Below, one piece after another: positions 18,697-25,715 of a stretch of 56,542 nt of DNA. Both the position numbers and the translations under genes were made by a program. The DNA comes from an uncultured Candidatus Saccharibacteria bacterium (lineage in GTDB: Bacteria; Patescibacteriota; WWE3; 9FT-COMBO-53-11): positions 1 to 56,542 of the forward strand of contig CAYPTJ010000003.1 of NCBI GenBank assembly GCA_964413845.1, given 5' to 3'. The notes below the pieces were generated by a model. That model ran no database searches. It had not been told where the DNA came from and was given only the letters and a program-made list of their open reading frames with translations. Within the stretch, counting starts at the first letter, position 1, and every line of letters starts with the position of its first letter.

Positions 18697-19071
18697 ATGA
18701 CGAAGAAGAAAAAAGAGCGGAAGATTCCTGAGAAGGCATTCGCACACATTTTGGCAACCTTCAATAATACCCACATTACCATTACTGATGAGGCGGGAGG
18801 TGTAATCACTCGCGCTTCGGCAGGAACAGCCGGTTTTAAAGGAACGAAAAAAGCCACTCCTTTTGCCGCTTCTCAGGCAGCGGAGGCGGCGTCTAAAAGG
18901 GCCACTGGTCTGGGGGTAAAGGAAGTTTCCGTTCTGGTTAAGGGGCCGGGAGCAGGGAGAGATAGTGCAATCAAAGCCCTTAAGGTTGGCGGTTTGGAGA
19001 TCACCTCAATTACTGATGTGACGTCAGTTCCCCATAACGGACCAAGACCAAAGAAACGAAGGAGGGTATAA
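18697..19071 (+). CDS. rpsK: 30S ribosomal protein S11
   Basis: [16 protein letters not shown]...[13 protein letters not shown] motif. Confidence 0.95.
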   Translation: MTKKKKERKIPEKAFAHILATFNNTHITITDEAGGVITRASAGTAGFKGTKKATPFAASQAAEAASKRATGLGVKEVSVLVKGPGAGRDSAIKALKVGGLEITSITDVTSVPHNGPRPKKRRRV

Positions 19072-19073
19072 CG

Positions 19074-19655
19074 ATGGGCAGATATGTGGGTCCAACTCAT
19101 AAATTGTGCCGAAGAGAAGGAGTTCCGCTTTGCGGACGGGAAGATTGTCCAGTGAGGACCCGTCTTTCAGCTCCAGGGCAGCATGGAGCGCGGCGGAGAA
19201 GACTTTCTGAATATGGCCTTCAGCTTAGAGGGAAGCAGAGGGCAAAGCGAATTTACGGGGTGAGAGAGGTGCAGTTTAAGCGCTACTTTAAAAAAGCGCT
19301 TGGAAGCAAAGAGAAAACAGGAGAGGTTCTTCTTCAGATTCTTGAAAGGCGCTTAGATAATGCTCTTTATCGAGCAGGTTTTGCAAAAACCCGTCCGCAC
19401 GCGCGCCAGATGGTAGGGCATAGTCTTGTCAAGGTAAACGGGAAGCGTGTTACAATCCCTTCGTATTTGGTCAAGGTAGGTGATAAAATAAACCTTGCCA
19501 AAAAAGATGCCCCCCTTTACGAGGAGGTGGTTAAACCCTCGTGGTTGAAGGTGGAGAAAGAAAAACGCGAAGCAGAAGTTAAGGCGCTTCCAAAACGGGA
19601 GGAGATTGGGGCAGAAATTGATGAAAAGCTAATTGTGGAGTTCTATTCGCGTTAG
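19074..19655 (+). CDS. rpsD: 30S ribosomal protein S4
   Basis: MGRYVGPTHKLCRREG start and an S4 RNA-binding domain. Confidence 0.95.
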   Translation: MGRYVGPTHKLCRREGVPLCGREDCPVRTRLSAPGQHGARRRRLSEYGLQLRGKQRAKRIYGVREVQFKRYFKKALGSKEKTGEVLLQILERRLDNALYRAGFAKTRPHARQMVGHSLVKVNGKRVTIPSYLVKVGDKINLAKKDAPLYEEVVKPSWLKVEKEKREAEVKALPKREEIGAEIDEKLIVEFYSR

Positions 19656-19700
19656 CGAACAAGGTTGCGAGCGTAGGCGAGCGCTTTACTCGAGATAAGA

Positions 19701-19768
19701 CAGGAGTCAGGAGCCAGTAGTAAGAAGTAGTAGTACTCCCGACTAACGGCTAATGGCTAACGACTAAC
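19701..19768. repeat. composite heptanucleotide-repeat element in the rpsD-rpoA spacer
   Basis: CAGGAGTCAGGAGCCAGTAGT (identical to 7210-7230), then GACTAAC-GGCTAAT-GGCTAAC-GACTAAC. Confidence 0.9.
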
Positions 19769-19769
19769 A

Positions 19770-20729
19770 ATGATCAATCCTAAAGAGATTACAATCAAAA
19801 AAGAAAAAGAGACAAAGGAAGAAGGACGTTTTGTGATTGAGCCTTTGCCCTCCGGTTACGGTCATACGTTAGGCAATGCGCTTCGCCGGGTGTTACTTTC
19901 TTCACTCCCTGGAGCGGCGGTGGCAGAAGTAAGCTTTGAGGGAGTACCCCATCCCTTTACCACCATCAAAGGTGTGAAGGAGGATCTAATTGAGTTGATC
20001 CTCAATCTCAAGAAGGTTCGTTTTATTATGCATGTTGATGGGCCACTGGAGGCGCGGATTGAGGCGAAAGGGAAAAAGGAGGTGACTGCGGGGGACATAA
20101 AGATTTCATCGGGAGCGGAGATAGCTAATCCTGAGCTAAAGGTTGCCACTCTTACTGATAAATCAGCTAAACTTTCGGCCCGGCTTTTGGTAGAGAAGGG
20201 TGTTGGATATAAGCCATCAGAAGAACGGCAAGAATCAAGAGTGGGAGTAATCCCGATGGATTCAGTTTTCTCTCCTGTGACGAAAGTTGCCTACTTTGTG
20301 GAGGAAACACGGAGGGGGCGAGAAACAAACTTGGATAAATTGATCTTGGAGATTACAACCGACAGAACGCTTAAGCCGGGGGAAGCGCTTGAGAAAGCCA
20401 CCGCTATTTTAATAAGTTATCTTGAACCGCTTATCGGGAAGAAGCTCAAAAAGGCAGCGGAAGAGGCACTAGCGGAAAAAGGGAAGAAGGTTGAGGGTCC
20501 ATCGCCGGAGATTCGGAAGCTCTCGCTTGAGGAGCTCAACCTCCCGCCTCAGACGGTGACGATCTTAACCAAAGGGGGGATTAAGACGGTAGGGAGGCTT
20601 CTTCAGAAAACGGTTGAGGATCTCCTTAGCATCCGAGGCTTTGGGGAGAGAAGGCTTAAAGATCTTGAGCGAGAGTTGAAAAAACTGGGCGTTGCCCTAA
20701 AGGAAAGTGAAGCAACAAAGGAGGGGTAA
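19770..20729 (+). CDS. rpoA: DNA-directed RNA polymerase alpha subunit
   Basis: GYGHTLGNALRRVLLSS motif, and a C-terminal domain with LNLPPQTVTIL. Confidence 0.95.
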   Translation: MINPKEITIKKEKETKEEGRFVIEPLPSGYGHTLGNALRRVLLSSLPGAAVAEVSFEGVPHPFTTIKGVKEDLIELILNLKKVRFIMHVDGPLEARIEAKGKKEVTAGDIKISSGAEIANPELKVATLTDKSAKLSARLLVEKGVGYKPSEERQESRVGVIPMDSVFSPVTKVAYFVEETRRGRETNLDKLILEITTDRTLKPGEALEKATAILISYLEPLIGKKLKKAAEEALAEKGKKVEGPSPEIRKLSLEELNLPPQTVTILTKGGIKTVGRLLQKTVEDLLSIRGFGERRLKDLERELKKLGVALKESEATKEG

Positions 20730-20731
20730 TA

Positions 20732-21187
20732 ATGAAAAAACAGCGCGTTGGAAGTTCGTTGCGAGGGCAGCGCCGGGCGTTGTGGCGTAACCAAGTTGTA
20801 AACCTCATCCTTCATGGTTCCATTACTACCACTGAAGCGCGGGCGAAGGTTCTCAAAAGCGAAGTAGAGCACCTTATTTCAAGAGCAAAGAAAGCTGATT
20901 TGGCGACCCGGCGGTGGGTTCTTTCTCTCCTCCCTGATGATCAAGCCGCAAAGAAGTTATTCGATCAAGTTGTACCGCAGTTTATGCAACGTGTTGGTGG
21001 TTATGTCCGTGTTGTTAAGCTTATGCCAAGAAGAGGGGATCAGGCCTCCATGGCTCGGGTGGAATTTGTGGAAGAGATTAAAATAAAAGAAGAGGAGAAA
21101 GGGAAGGAGGTTAAGAAGACAAAACTTAGAAAGAAATCAGGAGGAAAAAAAGATGAGGAAAAAGACAAGAGCGACAAAAGTAAGTGA
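20732..21187 (+). CDS. rplQ: 50S ribosomal protein L17 (Lys/Glu-rich tail)
   Basis: GGYVRVVKLMPRRGD motif and position after rpoA. Confidence 0.9.
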   Translation: MKKQRVGSSLRGQRRALWRNQVVNLILHGSITTTEARAKVLKSEVEHLISRAKKADLATRRWVLSLLPDDQAAKKLFDQVVPQFMQRVGGYVRVVKLMPRRGDQASMARVEFVEEIKIKEEEKGKEVKKTKLRKKSGGKKDEEKDKSDKSK

Positions 21188-21587
21188 AGTTCAAAGAAGG
21201 TGGCATCTCGTGGATGCCAAAGGGAAAATTTTGGGAAGATTAGCCAGCCAGGTAGCCCAACTTTTAATGGGTAAAGGTAAACCTAACTTCGCCCCGTATC
21301 TTGATATGGGCGATTACGTGGTTGTGATCAATGCAAAAGAGATAATGGTTACTGGCAAGAAAGAGAGAGAAAAACTCTACCATCGCTACTCTGGTTATCC
21401 AGGAGGGCTTAAAACAGAGACTTTAGGGGAGTTGCGAAAGCGACGGCCGGAGGAGATCATCCGCCGTGCGGTTAAAGGGATGCTTCCAAGAGAGAAACTG
21501 GGGAGGAGGATGATCACCAAACTTTATGTCTATTCAGGTTCAGAGCATCCGCATGAGGATAAATTCAATGGTGGAAAAGAAAAGTGA
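21153..21587 (+). CDS. rplM: 50S ribosomal protein L13
   Basis: RRWHLVDAKGKILGRLAS motif. Confidence 0.95.
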   Translation: MRKKTRATKVSEVQRRWHLVDAKGKILGRLASQVAQLLMGKGKPNFAPYLDMGDYVVVINAKEIMVTGKKEREKLYHRYSGYPGGLKTETLGELRKRRPEEIIRRAVKGMLPREKLGRRMITKLYVYSGSEHPHEDKFNGGKEK

Positions 21588-21981
21588 AACCAAAAAAGAA
21601 TACTGTGAAGCGGTAGGTCGGCGAAAGCGTGCCGTAGCGGTAGTTCGTCTCGTTGGAAAAGGTGGCCCTACTTTTATCAATGATAAACCAATTGAGGAGT
21701 ACTTCCCGGGGGAGCCGGCAAAGATTGCTTACCGTGAACCGTTTCGGGTTACAGAAACAGAGGGGAAGTTTTCCGGGACAGTTAAAGTTTCAGGAGGAGG
21801 AAAGGGAGCGCAGTTAGGAGCGGTTATTTTAGGTTTTGCGCGGGCATTAGTTACTTACGATGAAAAATTTCGCCAACCGTTGCGTCAGGCTGGCCTCCTA
21901 ACCCGTGATCCCCGGGAGAAAGAACCAAAAAAATACTTTTTGCGGAAGGCTAGGAAGAGGCCGCAATACTCAAAGCGCTAA
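21568..21981 (+). CDS. rpsI: 30S ribosomal protein S9
   Basis: GRRKRAVAVVRL...GGGKGAQLGA...QYSKR. Uses the internal ATG 21568, which overlaps the rplM end. Confidence 0.9.
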   Translation: MVEKKSETKKEYCEAVGRRKRAVAVVRLVGKGGPTFINDKPIEEYFPGEPAKIAYREPFRVTETEGKFSGTVKVSGGGKGAQLGAVILGFARALVTYDEKFRQPLRQAGLLTRDPREKEPKKYFLRKARKRPQYSKR

Positions 21982-22020
21982 TTCCGCAAAAAGCTAGGCG
22001 CATAGCGCAGCGCGCCGTCG

Positions 22021-22065
22021 TTCTTAAGAAAAGCCCGCAAGCGACCACAATATTCTAAGCGGTAG
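22021..22065 (+). pseudogene. recoded duplicate of the rpsI 3' end (FLRKARKRPQYSKR-stop)
   Basis: In frame with rpsI. It encodes the same 14 aa plus a stop, yet 11 of the 14 sense codons and the stop codon differ. Confidence 0.7.
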
Positions 22066-22202
22066 TGAAGAATAAGGCTACGCGTGGAGCGAACCCCTTA
22101 CTCCAAGTGGTTATCTTATAGTTGACAAAAGGCCCGGGACGCGGTATCCTACCATTGGTGGATTATTTAGACCCAAGACTATAAGGAAGGAGGGCTTGGC
22201 TC

Positions 22203-22298
22203 GTGGCAGACGATGAGATCCATGTTCCCGTTGATGGTGGTGGCAGTGAACCAGTCGATGATGTTGCAGACGATCTGGCCGACGAAGAGAGCGACTAA
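22203..22298 (+). CDS. possible 31-aa highly acidic mini-protein
   Basis: GTG lies 7 nt after AAGGAAGGAGGG. Peptide is MADDEIHVPVDGGGSEPVDDVADDLADEESD. It has its own TTGACA-17-TATCCT upstream and a terminator downstream. Confidence 0.35.
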   Translation: MADDEIHVPVDGGGSEPVDDVADDLADEESD

Positions 22299-22332
22299 CT
22301 AATTTTTGTTTGATCAGATCAGATCAGATTTC

Positions 22333-22365
22333 AAGGCTTTGCCTTTGCAGGCAGAGCCTTTTTCC
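22333..22365 (+). terminator. rho-independent terminator
   Basis: AAGGCTTTGCC...GGCAGAGCCTT stem followed by TTTTT. Confidence 0.7.
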
Positions 22366-22380
22366 TTTAAACTAAGTGAG

Positions 22381-23655
22381 ATGTTTGAAAGAACCATCTT
22401 AGACAACGGTTTGAAAATTATCTCCAAGGAACTGAAAGATACCGAAACTGTAACCGTGAAGATTTCGGTCAGTGCTGGTTCAAAATTTGTAGAACCCGGG
22501 AAAGAAGGCTTATCACATTTAGTTGAACATATGGTTATGAATGGTAGTAAGAGATACCCCGACCCCTTGGCTGTTAGGCGTGCTATTGAGGAACTCGGTG
22601 GATACATTAATGCTGACACTAGTAAGGAGGAAGCAAATTACAGGGTCAAGGTAGTCGCCGATGATCTGGAAAAGGCGGTAGATGTCCTCTTTTCGCTTAT
22701 AGATGAGCCGCTGTTAGACAAGAGGGAACTGGAGGATGAAAAAAAAGTTATTTATGAAGAGATAGCGAGAGCTGAGGATAAACTGGAGAGAAGGCTCTTG
22801 GACAAGTTCTTCACGCTGCTTTTCAGAGAACATCCATTAGGGAAGCGTGTATTAGGATATCAGGATAAGTTGAAACGAATCTCTACAGATGAGGTTAGAG
22901 AATTCTTTAAAAACTTTTACGTGCCTGAAAATATTGTAGTCTGTGCAGCTGGCCGGGTAAGCCATACCAGATTGGTCAATCTGGTGAATAACTATCTCGG
23001 CTCTCTTAAGCGGGGAAGATTACGGTCCTATGATGAATTTATTCCGTTGGTTGATGGGCCGAAAGCGTCCGTGTTAGATGAGAGAGCCCAGCAAGCTAGG
23101 CTGCTTTTAGGGTTTCCTACAAAGCCTCAGAATCTTGAGGCGCACATATTAAATATGTTTATTGTCCAGTTATTGTGTAGTAATGATAGGTTGTCTGCAA
23201 GATTGAGGGTGAGGGAGAAGCTGGCTTATGACGTTAGCGCTGCGTACTCTGAATTTTCCGATGCTTCTCTCGTTTTAGTTTACGGGGGTTTTTCTTATAA
23301 CCGAGTTAGAAAAGCGATAAAGTCTATAACTGACGAGCTGCGATCAATTAAAAAGAACCCTATCAGGAGTAAAGAGTTTAATAAGGTTAGAAAATTGTTT
23401 GAAACCAACCTCATTTTTAAGTTGGAAACTCCTGAGGATTGGATTGAGTTTGCACTTCGTTGGAATCTGATTTTGGGTAATCCAATTGAGCCTGAGAATT
23501 ATTTAAAAGAATTGGAAGAGATTGAACCAGAGGATATCCAAAGACTTGCACAAAAACTCTTCGTCCCTGAAAATTCTTACCTCGCGGTAGTTCACAAAGA
23601 CAAGAGAGCCGGGGAGTTTGAAGAGCTCTTGCGAGAGGGATTAGGAAGCACGTAA
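22381..23655 (+). CDS. M16-family (pitrilysin/insulinase-like) zinc peptidase
   Basis: HLVEHM (HxxEH) motif. Start set at MFERTILDNGL; the upstream TTG extension covers a terminator and a GATCA repeat. Confidence 0.85.
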   Translation: MFERTILDNGLKIISKELKDTETVTVKISVSAGSKFVEPGKEGLSHLVEHMVMNGSKRYPDPLAVRRAIEELGGYINADTSKEEANYRVKVVADDLEKAVDVLFSLIDEPLLDKRELEDEKKVIYEEIARAEDKLERRLLDKFFTLLFREHPLGKRVLGYQDKLKRISTDEVREFFKNFYVPENIVVCAAGRVSHTRLVNLVNNYLGSLKRGRLRSYDEFIPLVDGPKASVLDERAQQARLLLGFPTKPQNLEAHILNMFIVQLLCSNDRLSARLRVREKLAYDVSAAYSEFSDASLVLVYGGFSYNRVRKAIKSITDELRSIKKNPIRSKEFNKVRKLFETNLIFKLETPEDWIEFALRWNLILGNPIEPENYLKELEEIEPEDIQRLAQKLFVPENSYLAVVHKDKRAGEFEELLREGLGST

Positions 23656-24182
23656 TTTTTAAGCGCTTTGTAGACAGGGCCAGCAGGGGTGAGTCTGCTT
23701 TCGACTAAATCGATTTGTGTTGCTTCAAACCCTATCTTTGGCAGGGTGTAAGCACGGATCCTTTGGCGCAACGCCTCTTTTTCACCGGAGCGTAATTGTT
23801 TTAAGCGGGCGAGCGTGATGTGGGAGTGGAACGGTTTTTCATCAAAGCCGATTTTTCTTTCTAAAAGTTTCTTTTTTATCTCCTCAACAAGGCTCGAGAT
23901 TTTCTCTACCTTTCCAGCAAGGTTAACAGCAAGAAGACGAGCTTTTTCTTCACTGGGGAAAAGGGTGAGGATACTTGTTTCAAGGTTCATTGGTTTATAT
24001 TTAATACTGTCTAAGACATTGGTGATTTCACTTGCTTTATCTGTTTCACCGATAAAGATCAGGGTGAGGTGAAGATTTTCCTCCTCAACCCATTTGGCGG
24101 GAAGTTCCAGAAAGTCTCGTTTGACCTCTGCTAGTACCTTCCTAACGTTTTCTGGTAAGGGGATAGAGATAAAAAGTCGCAT
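23592..24182 (-). CDS. ligT: 2H-phosphoesterase, RNA 2',3'-cyclic phosphodiesterase (LigT/ThpR-like)
   Basis: Two HxT motifs (HLTL and HITL) at typical spacing, and an MRLFISIPLP start. Confidence 0.8.
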   Translation of the reverse strand: MRLFISIPLPENVRKVLAEVKRDFLELPAKWVEEENLHLTLIFIGETDKASEITNVLDSIKYKPMNLETSILTLFPSEEKARLLAVNLAGKVEKISSLVEEIKKKLLERKIGFDEKPFHSHITLARLKQLRSGEKEALRQRIRAYTLPKIGFEATQIDLVESRLTPAGPVYKALKNYVLPNPSRKSSSNSPALLSL

Positions 24183-24190
24183 AAGAAAGA

Positions 24191-24252
24191 TGGTCGGGGA
24201 AGCCGGACTTCCGCCAAAGGCGGATAAACTCCCCGGCGACCTTGGATAGTAC
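24191..24252 (-). other. tRNA-Pro acceptor-stem minihelix copy ending in ACCA
   Basis: Minus strand reads CGGGGAG - hairpin (TCCGCC-TTT-GGCGGA) - CTTCCCCG-ACCA. TCCCCGACCA duplicates the tRNA 3' end. Confidence 0.5.
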
Positions 24253-24327
24253 TGGTCGGGGAGGGGGGAATTGAACCCCCTGCCTCTCGCACCCCATGCG
24301 AGCGGTCTACCGATGACCTACTCCCCG
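24253..24327 (-). tRNA. tRNA-Pro (GGG)
   Basis: Hand-folded. Acceptor CGGGGAG/CTCCCCG with C1:G72 and A73. D stem GGTC/GACC. Anticodon stem CTCGC/GCGAG with loop AUGGGGU. T arm GGGGG-TTCAATT-CCCCC. CCA is encoded. Confidence 0.9.
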
Positions 24328-24529
24328 CATCGCCAAGCACCTTTACCCGCCGAAGCTTTAGCGCAGGCGGGCCATGCGAGTGCGCGGACCTTGTCCGCCT
24401 CTGGCGGAAACTGCGCTATTCCCCGATGAGCAAAGCGAATCTCTTTTATTATACCCGCAAACTCTTGTATTTTCCACCGCTGGTGATAGACTTATAAGAC
24501 ACGCTCAAAACTACATATGGAGGATAGAG

Positions 24530-24802
24530 ATGCAAAAGTGTCCCGGTCTGGACCTGAGAAATGTAAGACCGGAGGATATTGAGGTAGAGTGTCCCTTCTG
24601 TGGAGAGATAGTTGAGATCTGGCCTCCAAGCCGGGGAATCAAATGCCCAAACTGTAAGAAATGGGTTGATAAAAGAGGGGGAATTCCAAGCTGTGCTGAC
24701 TGGTGTTCTGGTGGTGAAGAGATGGTAAGGGAGTGTCTCGGAGAAGAGAGATACAGAGAATGGAAAGAATCAAAACAAAGGAAGGAGGGAGGAGATGTCT
24801 AA
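24530..24802 (+). CDS. multi-Cys zinc-ribbon protein, unknown function
   Basis: ATG follows GGAGGA. Contains CPFCG...CPNC plus CADWC...C. The upstream part of the long ORF covers GC hairpins. Confidence 0.65.
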   Translation: MQKCPGLDLRNVRPEDIEVECPFCGEIVEIWPPSRGIKCPNCKKWVDKRGGIPSCADWCSGGEEMVRECLGEERYREWKESKQRKEGGDV

Positions 24803-25400
24803 GGTCTTTATCATCTGTCCAGTGAGGAATGCTGATCTGGCAATTCAGGAGGAGATTCAGCGTTATATAGAGCGATTAGAGGAAGCTGGGCATCATGTTC
24901 ACTGGCCCCTGCGGGACACCAACCAAAATGATCTCCACGGAATTCGCATCTGTATGGATAACTGCGATGCGATTATCGCCGCTGACGAGGTTCATATCTG
25001 GTACGACCCGACCAGTATGGGGTCGCACTTTGACATAGGAATGGTGAATGCTCTCCGTCTCTTAGGGTTTAAGAAAACGGTGCTTTGGGTTAATAACTTT
25101 CCACGGGCCTATCTGCCTTGGAATTATAAGCCCTTCCTTACCGTCAGAACTAGGACAGATGAGCTTCGTTACTGCTTTGAGCCGACTGGTCCTTGGTCCC
25201 TTTTTGAAGGGGGTATGCTCTTTGCTCTCCTTCGCTTGGGGTTCAAGAGAAAACTGGTTCTGCTGAACGACAGCGACGTTCAGCCGACTCCAGAGAAGAA
25301 GAGCTTCGCGAACGTCTTTCGCGCTTTGGCTGATGGTCGCGACATTGCGCGGGAAGATGCGGCGGAGATTCTTTCTACGTTAATTACTAGGGAGGAGTGA
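24795..25400 (+). CDS. nucleoside 2-deoxyribosyltransferase / DNPH1(Rcl)-like fold protein (tentative)
   Basis: VFIICPVRNA...AGHHVHWP...ADEVHIWYDPTSMGSHFDIG follows the YFCGSIRGG...ADVVVAEV..SLGVGYELG pattern, with Asp in place of the catalytic Glu. A partial internal duplication is present. Confidence 0.45.
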   Translation: MSKVFIICPVRNADLAIQEEIQRYIERLEEAGHHVHWPLRDTNQNDLHGIRICMDNCDAIIAADEVHIWYDPTSMGSHFDIGMVNALRLLGFKKTVLWVNNFPRAYLPWNYKPFLTVRTRTDELRYCFEPTGPWSLFEGGMLFALLRLGFKRKLVLLNDSDVQPTPEKKSFANVFRALADGRDIAREDAAEILSTLITREE

Positions 25401-25401
25401 G

Positions 25402-25632
25402 ATGAGAAAGTACAAGGTTGTGTTGATGAGGCAGGTGCTCTGGAGAGATTTACACCCAGAGATCCATCGTGTTGGGGCCTGCAACGCCGAAGAGGCGGTT
25501 GCGGAAGCAAAGGATCTGGTCCGCTGGGTGAACGAGGAGATGGGACGTGATCACATAGCGGGAAGGGTTGAGTTGCGCGAGGTCCACAACTCTCGTGGCA
25601 CACGTATCTGGTCACATTTGATTAATGAGTAG
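25402..25632 (+). CDS. hypothetical 76-aa protein
   Basis: Starts 2 nt after the previous stop and shares the terminator at 25642-25675. Confidence 0.55.
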   Translation: MRKYKVVLMRQVLWRDLHPEIHRVGACNAEEAVAEAKDLVRWVNEEMGRDHIAGRVELREVHNSRGTRIWSHLINE

Positions 25633-25641
25633 TTTTTGACT

Positions 25642-25675
25642 AAGGCTAGTTATGCTGACTAGCCTTTTTCTTTTG
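25642..25675 (+). terminator. rho-independent terminator
   Basis: AAGGCTAGT...ACTAGCCTT stem followed by TTTTCTTTT. Confidence 0.8.
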
Positions 25676-25715
25676 TTGTTGCATTTTGGGGTAAAGCACG
25701 ATAACATCGAAGACG

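Noticed and set aside
7310-21000. Numerous antisense or alternate-frame ORFs across the ribosomal cluster (for example 11672-12205(-), 13326-13799(-), 15772-16242(-), 8793-9068(-), 10118-10321(-))
   Set aside because: They lie entirely within well-supported ribosomal or secY genes on the other strand or frame. They have no SD and show Ser/Pro/Leu-rich shadow composition.
22306-22380. TTG 22306 as the start of the M16 peptidase
   Set aside because: The extension would translate a (GATCA)3 repeat and an intrinsic terminator hairpin. The ATG at 22381 gives the typical M16 N-terminus.
25633-25715. CATACT palindromes as LexA/SOS boxes
   Set aside because: No copy lies upstream of recA, and the motif does not resemble known LexA boxes such as GAAC-N4-GTTC.
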